A DNA stretch of 64,000 nucleotides. Source: an uncultured Clostridium sp. (GTDB lineage: Bacteria > Bacillota > Clostridia > TANB77 > CAG-508). This document shows, piece by piece, positions 17,587 to 28,344 of the stretch. A program made the position numbers and the translations under genes. The notes under the pieces were generated by a model. That model was not told where the DNA came from. It saw nothing but the letters and a program-made list of their open reading frames with translations, and did no database searches. Each line of letters begins with the position of its first letter. Within the stretch, counting starts at the first letter, position 1. Where the stretch lies: the NCBI GenBank assembly GCA_930980855.1, contig CAKNIZ010000006.1, positions 2,189 to 66,188 on the forward strand, written 5' to 3'.

Positions 17587-18441
17587 TTAATATTCCATAT
17601 CCTCATATGTAATTGTGCCAGCCCCTCCTGTTGCATATATTGTGTCTCCAACAATCGTTTTTCCCATATCACTTACTAGCATAACTGCTATATTGGCTAT
17701 TTCTTCGGGCATAATAAATCTTTTAATTGGTGAAGATTCTCTATTAATATCAATCTCTTCATCACTAATTAGCATTGGGGTTTTTGTTGGACCTGGCGCA
17801 ACTGCATTTACAGTTATTCCATATTTAATAAATTTTTTTGCCATTCCTTGTGTTAATCCATTCAATGCCCATTTTGACATTGTATATGCTGTAATCGCTG
17901 GTCTTAACGCACTTGAAGATGATACATTTAGTATGTTTCCTTTAACTTTATTTTTTATCCAATAATTTGTAATTACTTGAGAAACAAAATATGTTCCGGT
18001 AATGTTTGTATTTATTACGTCTTGAAAGTCTTCGATTTTTGTACTACCTATTGATGAACCTTTGCATATTCCTGCATTATTAACCAATATATCTATCTTT
18101 CTATCACCAATATTTTTTATTATGTTATTAATATTTTCTTCTATTTTATTGATTTCTGAAATGTCCATTTTAAAGTACATTATTTTGTCCATATATGCTT
18201 TTTCTTCTAATTTGTTTTTTGCATTTTTTAGTTTGTCAAGATTTCTTCCCGTAATAATAACTGTTGCACCGTTCTTTAGAAAGCTTCTTGCTATTTCATA
18301 TCCTATTCCACTACCTCCTCCAGTTATTAGTGCTACTCTTCCATTTAACAATTTTCCATCATATATAGGATAAGGCTCTGGAATCTTTTTTAAATATATC
18401 TTTTTTGCATATTTTTTTATTTTTTTTAGTATGTTTTTCAA
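17587..18441 (-). CDS. short-chain dehydrogenase/reductase (SDR)
   Basis: TGGGSGIG Rossmann motif, NNAG, and the catalytic Y-x3-K in AYTMSKWAL. Confidence 0.9.
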   Translation of the reverse strand: MKNILKKIKKYAKKIYLKKIPEPYPIYDGKLLNGRVALITGGGSGIGYEIARSFLKNGATVIITGRNLDKLKNAKNKLEEKAYMDKIMYFKMDISEINKIEENINNIIKNIGDRKIDILVNNAGICKGSSIGSTKIEDFQDVINTNITGTYFVSQVITNYWIKNKVKGNILNVSSSSALRPAITAYTMSKWALNGLTQGMAKKFIKYGITVNAVAPGPTKTPMLISDEEIDINRESSPIKRFIMPEEIANIAVMLVSDMGKTIVGDTIYATGGAGTITYEDMEY

Positions 18442-18469
18442 ACCTAAAATCCTCCTTAAATTTAGTTTT

Positions 18470-20203
18470 TTATTTTCTTTTCAATATTTTTTTCAGATAA
18501 CGAATTTGTTCTGGTGAAAATATTTTGTTTAATATTTTTTTTACATCACCTTTTATTCCTTCTTCTTTGTTTTTATTCCAAAATCTTTTTAATATGGTTG
18601 CATCTTTATTTGCATCTGTGAATACTTCAAATATTATTGGCTTGTCACTTGTTTTTGCAAACTCTTTTAATCCTTTATCTAGTTCTTCTTGATTTTCTGC
18701 TTTAATATATTTGATATTTTCTGAAATAATAGTATCTTTTATTTTTGTATGATGTCTTGCAGCAACATGCTTATCCAATGTCGGTATCATCTTCAATCCG
18801 AAGTTTTTGTAAAACTCAGCTCCTGCATAATTATTAATTATTAATATTCTCATATTATTTTTATCTATATATTTAATTGAATTTAAATCATATAAAAAGC
18901 TTAAATCTCCCACAAGTAAGAAACTCAATTTATCTGTTGAATTGGCTTCACCTATATATGTAGATAACGCTCCATCTATTCCATCTGCTCCGACATTTGC
19001 AAAACATTTAACATTATTTTTAAATCCAAAATAATTTGAAATTCTTATTGCGTTTAAAACGCTAGCATGCACAATAGAATTTTCTGGTACACTTTTGCAA
19101 AAATCTCTAATAACACTGAAATTAGTGAATCCTAACTCTTCATATTTTAGTTTATTCATTCTTTTCTTCCAAATATCATAGTATTCATGTGAATTAGTTG
19201 TTGAATTATCGTTAATATTCTTCAAAAAAGTAATCGAAGAACATTCAAACACTTTAGTTAATCTTTTAAACCCATCATTTATTTTTCCATCTATAGCTAT
19301 TTGCCAATGCTCAAAATTATATTCTGAATTACTAAAGAAGCTTCTTATTGGAGAGTAAAATACTGTTCCTATTGTAATCATCAAATCCGGCAGCATTTTT
19401 TCAATTTCTGTTTTAGTAACACATTCTCCTAAAACACTAGCATTTATAAATTTTTCTCCATTAATATTACTATAATTATCACATAAAACTACACAATTAT
19501 ATTCTTTTTCAATCTCATTTAGTAAAATACTTAATTGATTATTCTCAGATATATCCATTCCTACATAAAAAATAATTTTTTTCTTATTTTTTAATTCTTC
19601 TTTTATATTATTGTAATCTATATTAGTTTCATCTAGTCTCTTTATTATTCTTTGATTTGGTATAACTTTAGCTGAAAAATCTCCCCAATTTAAAACACTA
19701 TAATTTATTTGAATAGGGCCTTTTCCATTGTGATTTAGCTCAAGTAATGCTTCATTTATGATTCTATTTGAATAAACTTCATCATTTAAACTTTTTACCT
19801 CCGGAACATCTATTGCATATTTTACAAATCCCTCATACATATCTACTTGATTTATTAACTGTTCCTTCATTTGATAAAGTTCGTATCTTTCCCTATCTGC
19901 TGTTAATGCAATTAGCTGTATATTTCTTTCATATGCTTCTTTAATTGCAGGAGCATAATTACAAGTTGCAGTGGCTGCAGTACATGTGATACATACAGGT
20001 TCATCTAAAGCTTCTGAAAGTCCTAATGCAAAGAAAGCTGCACTTCTTTCATCAACTATTGAATAGCATTTAAAATTAGGATCATTTTCAATACTGTGCA
20101 CTAATGGTGTATTCCTAGAACCAGGAGAATTAACAAAATACTTTATTCCATGTTGTTTTAATAGTGATATTAGTATTTGAACATTTTTTACTGTTGAATA
20201 CAT
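18470..20203 (-). CDS. thiamine-diphosphate-dependent enzyme, MenD (SEPHCHC synthase)-like
   Basis: N-terminal PYR domain (SPGSRNTPL, DERSAAFFALG) and C-terminal PP domain (GADGIDGALST...GDLSFLYDLN). No other menaquinone genes are nearby. Confidence 0.75.
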   Translation of the reverse strand: MYSTVKNVQILISLLKQHGIKYFVNSPGSRNTPLVHSIENDPNFKCYSIVDERSAAFFALGLSEALDEPVCITCTAATATCNYAPAIKEAYERNIQLIALTADRERYELYQMKEQLINQVDMYEGFVKYAIDVPEVKSLNDEVYSNRIINEALLELNHNGKGPIQINYSVLNWGDFSAKVIPNQRIIKRLDETNIDYNNIKEELKNKKKIIFYVGMDISENNQLSILLNEIEKEYNCVVLCDNYSNINGEKFINASVLGECVTKTEIEKMLPDLMITIGTVFYSPIRSFFSNSEYNFEHWQIAIDGKINDGFKRLTKVFECSSITFLKNINDNSTTNSHEYYDIWKKRMNKLKYEELGFTNFSVIRDFCKSVPENSIVHASVLNAIRISNYFGFKNNVKCFANVGADGIDGALSTYIGEANSTDKLSFLLVGDLSFLYDLNSIKYIDKNNMRILIINNYAGAEFYKNFGLKMIPTLDKHVAARHHTKIKDTIISENIKYIKAENQEELDKGLKEFAKTSDKPIIFEVFTDANKDATILKRFWNKNKEEGIKGDVKKILNKIFSPEQIRYLKKILKRK

Positions 20204-21087
20204 TATACTTCTCCTTCCATTAATAATATAGTTGCTTCCTTTTGGTTTATGAAATCATATAAAATATCTTTATCATACTTCTTTGCTTTCATTAACTTTA
20301 TATTATTACTATTAGCCCAATTTTTAATCGATTTTTCTTTTAAATCAATATTGCAATTAAATAAAATTATTTTAAAATTCTCATTGATGTACCTATTATT
20401 TAGTATATTTAATTCTAATAAAAACACTTTTGCAGGTATGCACAATATTTTTTTCTTCTTACTTCCTTCTATATATCCCATATATTTTGAAATAATACCA
20501 TATTTATACTTTGCTTCAATATTTTTCAGATTATACTTCTTTGTTTCGATTTCTTTATTATGATTATATAAAATAATTTCATCTTGTTTATTGAGTATTT
20601 CATCAAGGTTCTTCAACAAATTTTCATAGTTATATTGTCCGCTTTTTATTTCATGTTTTAATGTTATTAAAGATGGATAATTTGTTTTTATTGCTTTATT
20701 AATCGAATTTTCGTAATATCTATAATCTTCATCATAAATTCGTATAATGTTCGGCATAACTCTATGCAGGAAATCTGTTTTTATATCATCATATTTAGAA
20801 TATAAAGCTACTACAAATACATTTAACTTTTGGAACCATGTTTCTGTTATTCCAGTCAATATATTTTGAATTTCTTCCCCATTCACAATGATTATACAAT
20901 TATTATGTAAGTTTTCTTTTCCCAAAGCAAAAAATGTTGCTGATCTTACATCATCTATATCTACTTTCAGAAATTCTTTTTCTATATATTCTTTTTCTTC
21001 ATTTTGTAGGCTTTCTTCTATATCCTGTGTAAATATAATACTGTTATATCCATTATTTTTCAAAGTATTTAATACATCTTTTAGCAT
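20203..21087 (-). CDS. hypothetical protein with a degenerate ThDP-enzyme PYR-like N-terminal region
   Basis: DDVRSATFFALGKE resembles DERSAAFFALG of the downstream MenD-like protein. One-nucleotide stop/start overlap. Confidence 0.5.
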   Translation of the reverse strand: MLKDVLNTLKNNGYNSIIFTQDIEESLQNEEKEYIEKEFLKVDIDDVRSATFFALGKENLHNNCIIIVNGEEIQNILTGITETWFQKLNVFVVALYSKYDDIKTDFLHRVMPNIIRIYDEDYRYYENSINKAIKTNYPSLITLKHEIKSGQYNYENLLKNLDEILNKQDEIILYNHNKEIETKKYNLKNIEAKYKYGIISKYMGYIEGSKKKKILCIPAKVFLLELNILNNRYINENFKIILFNCNIDLKEKSIKNWANSNNIKLMKAKKYDKDILYDFINQKEATILLMEGEV

Positions 21088-21097
21088 ATAATATCTC

Positions 21098-22606
21098 CTA
21101 TCTCCTTATTATTTTTCTAATCATATTTTTTTCATCTTCATTCATAGATTTTTTCCAAACAAAAATACCATAAACTATAGTATAAATTACAATTTGTGTT
21201 ATTAATATTAATGAAGAATTTATTGTCCATACTTGTTTTACTATAATTGCAATTACTATTGCAATCAGCATTGGTATTGACATCTTGAAAATATTTTTCC
21301 AAAATAAAGGAATATCTATTTTTATTTCCTTATAGTAAAAGATATTCATAAATATAATTTGTCCTAAAATTACAGAGATTGCGGTTCCTATTGCAGCCCC
21401 TATTCCTCCATATATTTGTGCTAGAATTATACTTACAATTACATTAAGAATTGCAAAAAACAATAAAACCATTACTCTAAATTTATATTTGTTTTTTGCT
21501 TGTAATATATTTAGTCCAACATTCTGTATTAAAGGTACTGTACATGGAATCATTAAAATACAAGCTATAAAGTATGATTGGTCATATTCTGTTCCAACCC
21601 ATAATATATTAATGAATTCTCTGCCAAACAGAACAAATCCTGATATTATTAATGCCATAATTATAAATTGCAATCTTCCAGTTTTTATAAATATCTCTGT
21701 AAACTCTTTATCACTTGCCTTTTTTTCCTCCATTTCTGTTACTCTCGGCAATAACACACCTGATATTGCTGTTGAAAAGTTGATATACATTTGATTTAAA
21801 TTGCCAGCTATTGAATATACTGCTACTGCTGATGTTCCTGCATATATTCCTAATATAAATTGATCTAATGATAAGTTAATTTTATCCATAATGCTATTTA
21901 AGAACACCCATACAGAGTATGCTATTATTTCTTTTAGTAAAGAAATATCTAATTTCCCAAATTTTAACTTAATCTTCAATTTTTTCTTACAATATAAATA
22001 ATTTAAGATTAATGTAGCTATATTTAATACTGTTGTTAATACAACAAGTCCTACTGATCTATATCCAATGTTTAGCAGAATAATCATTATAATGGGATTT
22101 AATATGATTCTTGCTAAATTTAAAGTCTTGGAGAATACAAATTTTTCATAAGCAGTTATGATAGATGAAAAAACACTTAATGGAAAAGTAACTATTAAAT
22201 TAAATGTTAAAATTCCTAATAATATTTTCGCTTTATCTATTTCTTCTGGAGTCATTGAGTTCGCAAACATTGTGTCTGCATTAGCCCAGATTACTGCACC
22301 AATTATCCCAGCAACCACACCAATTATTGTATAAATCAAGAAAAACATTCCATGGAGTTTCTCTTGTTTTTCTTTTTCATTATTTACTCTATATCTTGCT
22401 GTATAAATTATTATTGCATTTCCAAATCCAAAATCTAAAATTGTTAAATAAGAAATAATAGATGTAACTAATGAATACAGTCCATATTCACTCTGTCCTA
22501 ATTTCGCTGTTAATATTGGCGTATATAGTATACCAATTAGCATATTTGCAAATATAATCACATAAGATAGTATTGCTCCGATTTTTATTTCTTTGCTAGA
22601 TTTCAT
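21098..22606 (-). CDS. Wzx-type oligosaccharide flippase (MOP superfamily)
   Basis: 502 aa, about 14 TM helices, located inside the polysaccharide locus. Confidence 0.85.
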   Translation of the reverse strand: MKSSKEIKIGAILSYVIIFANMLIGILYTPILTAKLGQSEYGLYSLVTSIISYLTILDFGFGNAIIIYTARYRVNNEKEKQEKLHGMFFLIYTIIGVVAGIIGAVIWANADTMFANSMTPEEIDKAKILLGILTFNLIVTFPLSVFSSIITAYEKFVFSKTLNLARIILNPIIMIILLNIGYRSVGLVVLTTVLNIATLILNYLYCKKKLKIKLKFGKLDISLLKEIIAYSVWVFLNSIMDKINLSLDQFILGIYAGTSAVAVYSIAGNLNQMYINFSTAISGVLLPRVTEMEEKKASDKEFTEIFIKTGRLQFIIMALIISGFVLFGREFINILWVGTEYDQSYFIACILMIPCTVPLIQNVGLNILQAKNKYKFRVMVLLFFAILNVIVSIILAQIYGGIGAAIGTAISVILGQIIFMNIFYYKEIKIDIPLFWKNIFKMSIPMLIAIVIAIIVKQVWTINSSLILITQIVIYTIVYGIFVWKKSMNEDEKNMIRKIIRR

Positions 22607-22631
22607 TCTACTTCCTTTCTTAGTTCTTCAT

Positions 22632-23696
22632 CTACTGATTTATAGCTTCATTTATATAATCAATTGCTTTTTTTCTTTCTTTTTCTAGGATTTCTATAGA
22701 TTTATCATAATTTATGTTTAATTGTTCTTCTTTAATTTCATTCTTAAACCATCTATCTTCAAGTTCGAATTTTTTTAATAAAGTATCTAATCTTGAATTC
22801 ATCTTTGCATTTGAATCTTCTCTATCAAATACAATGAAAGGTCTTTCAAATAATATTGCAAAAACGCAAGAGTGAAAAGAATCTGTACAAATTAAAAATG
22901 CGTTCTTTTCTAAATATAAAAATTCACTTGGTCCATTTTTATAAAATTCTGATGACTTACTTATTATATCTATAACTTCGCAATCATTTTCTTTCGCGAC
23001 TCTATCAATTTCCTTTTTCCTAGTTTCAGATAATTTTCCTAGAAAATACGTTAATATATATTTTTTAGTTTTTAATTGTTTTGGCTTTATTGCCAACTTA
23101 CTCCATTCTTCTTTTGTCAATAACATAGTTGGGTCTACTAGTACTTCTACATCTTCTCTTCCAGTTAGTTCTTTTATTATTTCTTTTCCTTGATTTTCTC
23201 TTACTGATATGTGATTTAGTCCACTTATTCTTTTTTTGTATAAATCTCTATATTCTTTTTTTATATTATCCACACCAAAACTAGCACTAAAACTATTTCT
23301 CTTTTCTTTTTGACAAAAAGTCGCAAAATATAAATCCGGAACATCAAAATTTGGATTCCAAACTTGATCACTTCCTATAAATATTAAATCATATTCATTC
23401 TCTTTTGGAGAATGTTGATCATCATAAATCTTTCTCGTCAAGTTTATGTTTTTATTAAATCTTATAAATTTTCTGTATCTCTCGTTTTTTATCATTTTAA
23501 TTATAGAGACACATCTATATTTAATTCGTTTTAAGAAGTTAATTAATTTACTGTCATTTTTATTATTTAGTTGTCCTACATTTCTTATAGTTTCTACATC
23601 ATCAGCTTGTCTTATTAAAAATTGTTGACAAGCATAGTTTTGCAATCTATTTCCATAATTATTATTATCAACTTTTGTTATTATACCTATCTTCAT
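22632..23696 (-). CDS. polysaccharide pyruvyl transferase family protein
   Basis: The N-terminus MKIGIIT..NNNYGNRLQNYA and the C-terminal DSFHSCVFAI pattern are typical of PS_pyruv_trans proteins. Confidence 0.7.
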   Translation of the reverse strand: MKIGIITKVDNNNYGNRLQNYACQQFLIRQADDVETIRNVGQLNNKNDSKLINFLKRIKYRCVSIIKMIKNERYRKFIRFNKNINLTRKIYDDQHSPKENEYDLIFIGSDQVWNPNFDVPDLYFATFCQKEKRNSFSASFGVDNIKKEYRDLYKKRISGLNHISVRENQGKEIIKELTGREDVEVLVDPTMLLTKEEWSKLAIKPKQLKTKKYILTYFLGKLSETRKKEIDRVAKENDCEVIDIISKSSEFYKNGPSEFLYLEKNAFLICTDSFHSCVFAILFERPFIVFDREDSNAKMNSRLDTLLKKFELEDRWFKNEIKEEQLNINYDKSIEILEKERKKAIDYINEAINQ

Positions 23697-23697
23697 A

Positions 23698-24729
23698 TTA
23701 ACTAAATTTTCTCCTTCTAATATACTCTTTAATTTTAAAAATGATAATTAAAGTAGTTATTAAGTTACATTTTAAAAGTATTAATGCTAATTTCTTTTCT
23801 TTTGCTATACAATTCAAATTATAGTTTTCATTATCATTTAAATAATTTCTTCTAATTATTTTTATTTGCTTATATGTCTCTTTTATATCTGGACTTCTTA
23901 CAGCATTAGATATTTCTATTGTATATTTTTGTAGTTTATTTTTTAGATATCTTTCTTTATTATCATTATATAAATTTTCTTTTTTTAGGACTTCAACAAA
24001 GTTATTATAAAAGTTTATATTACTTTCAATCATATTATTTAAATATTTATTTAAAGTAGATTCTCCATTTTTATAGTAATTATATAAACAATTTTCTAAC
24101 ACGTAAATCTGATCTACTCTATTATATAATTGTATGACAAATAACAAATCTTCTGCTATTTGAATACCCTCTACAAATCTTAAATTATTGTCTTCTATTA
24201 GCTTCTTCTTTACAAAAGTTCTCCAAACAAGCCCTCTTATTCCTACTTCATTTTCATTTGTTGATATCATTTGAGGAATCAACTCTTCTTTAATTGTCTT
24301 CTTATCTATTTTAATATTTTTCCATGGTAATAAAATTTCTTTTTTACTGCCGTCAGAATAAATTTCATTATAGTTGCAAATTACTACATCAACTTTTTCT
24401 CTATAAGCAGTTTCAATAAATTTTTTTACAAATTTTTTATCTAGTTCATCATCGATATCCATAAAAGCAATAAACTTACCATTTGCTTTTTTTACCCCAA
24501 AATTTCTGGCAGCAGATACTCCCAGTCTTTCTTGGCTATATATTTTTATTCTTTCATCATTATATTCTTTTAATTTATTAATTGAATTGTCTGTAGAACC
24601 ATCATTAATGAAAATTATTTCAATATTCTTATATTCCTGATTCAATATTGAATTCATACATTTATTAATATATTTTTCACCATTATGAAATGGTATTATT
24701 ATGCTAACTAGATCATCTATTTTTTCCAT
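23698..24729 (-). CDS. glycosyltransferase family 2
   Basis: GT-A motifs IIPFHNGEKYI, INDGSTD and DIDD. Confidence 0.9.
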   Translation of the reverse strand: MEKIDDLVSIIIPFHNGEKYINKCMNSILNQEYKNIEIIFINDGSTDNSINKLKEYNDERIKIYSQERLGVSAARNFGVKKANGKFIAFMDIDDELDKKFVKKFIETAYREKVDVVICNYNEIYSDGSKKEILLPWKNIKIDKKTIKEELIPQMISTNENEVGIRGLVWRTFVKKKLIEDNNLRFVEGIQIAEDLLFVIQLYNRVDQIYVLENCLYNYYKNGESTLNKYLNNMIESNINFYNNFVEVLKKENLYNDNKERYLKNKLQKYTIEISNAVRSPDIKETYKQIKIIRRNYLNDNENYNLNCIAKEKKLALILLKCNLITTLIIIFKIKEYIRRRKFS

Positions 24730-25597
24730 ATTTCATTTCCTTCCATAAAACTGCTGGTATAAAAAATATTATAGAATATAATTTTGAAGGAGTATAATCA
24801 AATATTTTCTTCTTATTATTAATACATAATGCATTTAAATTAATTATAGCCTTTATTCTATTTATAACTCTTATATTAAATTTATATTTATTTAATATCT
24901 CATATCTACTTTTAAATAATAATATAGATGCATTAAAACTATTGCTCCAGTTTATAAATAAATTTCTAGTTAGACCATCATCTTTATATTCAAATTGGCA
25001 AATTGGTACATTGACAAACTCAAGTTTTCCATGCTTAGCCAATTTTTGATATAATATTTCTTCACTCATAAATTTTTCATTTTCTATAACAGGGAATGTT
25101 TCTTCTCTTAAGTACTTCGTTTTTATTAATATAGATGTTTCACCTTTTATTTTATATATGTACTTTAAATCAATGATATCTATAAATCTTTTAATTTCAT
25201 TCCAACCATCATTTTTCATATTTTCTTTACTTTTGCGTGGAAAAATTATACCTATTGATTTTTCTTGCATTTTTGACATATAATGATATATTGTTTCAAC
25301 CGCATTTTCTTCCAAAACATCATCGCTGTCAATGCAAATGAAATATTCTGTATCACATAGCTCAGCTCCTTTATTATGAGCTATATATTTACCTGAATTC
25401 TTTTGGTAAGTATAAATAATATCAAACCTTGAATCTTTCTTAAATTCTTTTATTATATCCTCAGTGCCATCTTTTGATCCATCATCCACAATTAGCCATT
25501 TAAATCTAGTATCAGATTGTTTTTGTAAACTATCATATAGCTTAGATAGTTCCTTTTTTCTGTTGTATGTCGGTGTGAATATTGTCAGTCTTATCAT
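24713..25597 (-). CDS. glycosyltransferase family 2
   Basis: IFTPTYNR, VDDGSKDGT, DSDD. Start set at ATG 25595-25597 after GGAGG, which overlaps the 3' end of wzy. The track ORF starts at a TTG at 25633. Confidence 0.85.
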   Translation of the reverse strand: MIRLTIFTPTYNRKKELSKLYDSLQKQSDTRFKWLIVDDGSKDGTEDIIKEFKKDSRFDIIYTYQKNSGKYIAHNKGAELCDTEYFICIDSDDVLEENAVETIYHYMSKMQEKSIGIIFPRKSKENMKNDGWNEIKRFIDIIDLKYIYKIKGETSILIKTKYLREETFPVIENEKFMSEEILYQKLAKHGKLEFVNVPICQFEYKDDGLTRNLFINWSNSFNASILLFKSRYEILNKYKFNIRVINRIKAIINLNALCINNKKKIFDYTPSKLYSIIFFIPAVLWKEMKYGKNR

Positions 25598-26657
25598 CTT
25601 CTTTATGTTCCTCCTTAAATAGTACTGTTGCAATAAATATTAATGAGATATTCATCGATATACTCATAAAGAAACTTTCAGTAAATGCATTTATTATAAA
25701 GAATGCAATTAGTATTAATTCCGGATATTTTTTTTCTCTATAAAATTTATTAGATACTTTCGTCATATAATATGAAACAAATATAAATGCTAATAAACCT
25801 CCTTCATATAACATTGAAATATATCCATTATCTATATTAACATAATTATTATAAATTTCACTTCCAATAATCGGAATAGGAAAATTCATTATTAACTTAT
25901 TCATATACTCTATTCTTCCAGTTAATAATTTATTTATTTGATCTAATATTTCAATATGATTATATCCTAATGCTGATATCAATGTAATAGCAAACATTAT
26001 CCAATACAAATATTTAAAAATAAATGCCATTATTTTTTGTAATTTCTTAATATTTTTAAATATTATGACAATTAGCATTAATAAAGTGATAACTATAAAA
26101 CCTGTTCTTGAATAAGTCAAGAAATACATTCCTATATTAATTATTTCAAATATTATTATATGTGGTATTCTTATTTTTTCCCACCATAAATATACAGATA
26201 GAGCTATAATTATTGCAAATGATAAATGAGTAGTATTTGGATAATCATATCCTAATGAATGTCTAGTTATAAATTCTCCATTTCTATAGAATTCAATGTT
26301 ATTCGATGGAATTATTCCTAAAAGTGATGCAATAACCATTGATGCAAAAGTGATTACTCTAACTATTAATACTATTTTAATTGTTTTCTTTAAATCAACA
26401 TTTTTTAATCCACAAAGTGTAATTGCTAAAAATAAAAATGTTGTTGTCTTTCCTATTATAAAGTTTAATACTCCTATTATCATCATAGTAGACATAATAA
26501 TTATTTCTTTTTTTGTAAACTTTTCATTCAACACTTTACATAATAAGGCAATACATGATAAGCCATATGCTAATAGGTAAACTTTGTTATCTGACTCTAT
26601 TCCTAACCCCTTAAAAATTGAGATTATAATTATGTAGAAATAGAAACATTTTTCCAT
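25542..26657 (-). CDS. O-antigen/EPS polymerase (Wzy-like) polytopic membrane protein
   Basis: 371 aa, 10 or more TM helices, no soluble domains, locus context. Confidence 0.7.
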   Translation of the reverse strand: MEKCFYFYIIIISIFKGLGIESDNKVYLLAYGLSCIALLCKVLNEKFTKKEIIIMSTMMIIGVLNFIIGKTTTFLFLAITLCGLKNVDLKKTIKIVLIVRVITFASMVIASLLGIIPSNNIEFYRNGEFITRHSLGYDYPNTTHLSFAIIIALSVYLWWEKIRIPHIIIFEIINIGMYFLTYSRTGFIVITLLMLIVIIFKNIKKLQKIMAFIFKYLYWIMFAITLISALGYNHIEILDQINKLLTGRIEYMNKLIMNFPIPIIGSEIYNNYVNIDNGYISMLYEGGLLAFIFVSYYMTKVSNKFYREKKYPELILIAFFIINAFTESFFMSISMNISLIFIATVLFKEEHKEDDKTDNIHTDIQQKKGTI

Positions 26658-27380
26658 TTATGTTCTCCTTAGTATATATTTTTTTATAAATTTCTTCAAA
26701 GGTATTAGTCTGTAATTAAATTCTTTTATTAGTTTGTTTCCTTTATACCATGATGCGTCGTAATGGTGTATTGAGTATGTATTTGGCGTTATATTTATTT
26801 TTCTGTGTCCAACTTGCATAGGGCAAAAATATTCTGTCGGATATATTACTATATTTTCTATTTTCTGTAATGTGTTTATTTTTTTCATCCCCATATTTGC
26901 TAATAACTCTGAAGTATATTTCGTACATATAATTTTATTAAATGAGCCATTTGGATCAATTTCAATGTTATCGTAGAACTCCATATTCTTCTTTAACATT
27001 TCTTCACCTTTTACTGACCCCATTCCTAGTCCTGTAGCTATTACACCTGGTGCTTCTAATGCAAAAAACATATCATCATTCAATAAATTGTCTAAATTTT
27101 TTATAACTTCCACATCTGTATCTAAATATATTCCACCATACTTATATAAAACATCTAGTCTTACATAATCAGATACAAAAGCAAACTTTTTATTATTATA
27201 GGCATTTAGCATAAATTTGTTTTTAGTAATGTCATAATTATCTTCATTCCATTGAATTATATTATAATCCGGACAATATTTTTTCCAACTTTCTATGCAT
27301 TTTACTACACTTTCTGGTAGAGGATTTCTTCCAAACCAGCAATAATGAATTGTTTTTGGAATTTTAGTTTGATTATTCAT
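26658..27380 (-). CDS. glycosyltransferase (GT32-like, DXD-containing 'capsular polysaccharide synthesis protein')
   Basis: IPKTIHYCWFG N-terminus and the DXD motif LDTDV. Confidence 0.75.
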   Translation of the reverse strand: MNNQTKIPKTIHYCWFGRNPLPESVVKCIESWKKYCPDYNIIQWNEDNYDITKNKFMLNAYNNKKFAFVSDYVRLDVLYKYGGIYLDTDVEVIKNLDNLLNDDMFFALEAPGVIATGLGMGSVKGEEMLKKNMEFYDNIEIDPNGSFNKIICTKYTSELLANMGMKKINTLQKIENIVIYPTEYFCPMQVGHRKINITPNTYSIHHYDASWYKGNKLIKEFNYRLIPLKKFIKKYILRRT

Positions 27381-27867
27381 ACATTTTCTCCATATATTTT
27401 ACTAAATTCTCTACAAAGTTTTTAGTATTTGATTTATAATTTTTTAATATTTTTCCACTTATTTTTCTGTATTCTTTAATAACCTTTTCTAAATCATTAA
27501 TATCATAAATAGGTATAATATTTTTTTCTTTTTCTTCAATTTGTTTTACAAATTCTAATTGATGATTATTTACATGTTCACTAAATTCTTTTGTTCTTGG
27601 AACTACTATTGGAACTTTTCCATACTGTAATGCCTTAATAAATGATGCTGGGCCACCATGTGTTATTACTATATCTGCATTTTCGTAATTTTTCTCCATT
27701 TCGTCATAATCCATCATTTTTTTACTTATGCAGTTCTTGGGAATATAAGTCGAATATCCATATTGAACAATTATTTTCTCATCGGGCATCTTTTGTGCAA
27801 TCTCATCAATTTTCTCTGTTAATCTATTGAATTGTTGTTCATGTGTTCCTACAGTTACAAAAATCAT
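27373..27867 (-). CDS. Alg13-like glycosyltransferase subunit (Cps14G/PssE family)
   Basis: MIFVTVGTHEQQFNRL N-terminus, Glyco_tran_28_C-like, paired with an Alg14-like gene. Confidence 0.8.
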   Translation of the reverse strand: MIFVTVGTHEQQFNRLTEKIDEIAQKMPDEKIIVQYGYSTYIPKNCISKKMMDYDEMEKNYENADIVITHGGPASFIKALQYGKVPIVVPRTKEFSEHVNNHQLEFVKQIEEKEKNIIPIYDINDLEKVIKEYRKISGKILKNYKSNTKNFVENLVKYMEKMYE

Positions 27868-27879
27868 TTTTTCTCCTTA

Positions 27880-28344
27880 TTAAAATATTTTTCCTAAATT
27901 AATTGCTTTAGGATAAATCTTTAATTGTTCTTCCCATTGAACAATAAATAAATCCGCAAAATTATAGCATATTTTTCCCGATATAGTTCCCTTATCTATT
28001 CTATCATAAACTTCTATATAAATCGTTTTCTTTCTCATTAACTTTCCCAATATAAAAAAAGGTATAGAAATAGCTGCTCCTGAAGAAATAATTATATCTG
28101 GTTTTTCTTTTTTTATAATTTTAAAAGCAAGAATAAAATTTAAAAACAAGTTTTTAAAATTCCTATTTGTAGGATAGTGACACCAGTATTTTTTTTCATC
28201 TTTTAATATACTTTTTGCATCTGCTTTTTCAAAAGTCACCCAAAATCTTTCATTTTCTTTCCATGCATCTTTTACTGTCCATAGATGCGCTAAATGTCCT
28301 CCGCTAGAACATGCTAAACATATTTTTTTGTTTTTTAAGTTCAT
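27880..28344 (-). CDS. Alg14-like glycosyltransferase membrane subunit (Cps14F/PssD family)
   Basis: CSSGGHL motif, 154 aa, adjacent to its Alg13-like partner. Confidence 0.8.
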   Translation of the reverse strand: MNLKNKKICLACSSGGHLAHLWTVKDAWKENERFWVTFEKADAKSILKDEKKYWCHYPTNRNFKNLFLNFILAFKIIKKEKPDIIISSGAAISIPFFILGKLMRKKTIYIEVYDRIDKGTISGKICYNFADLFIVQWEEQLKIYPKAINLGKIF

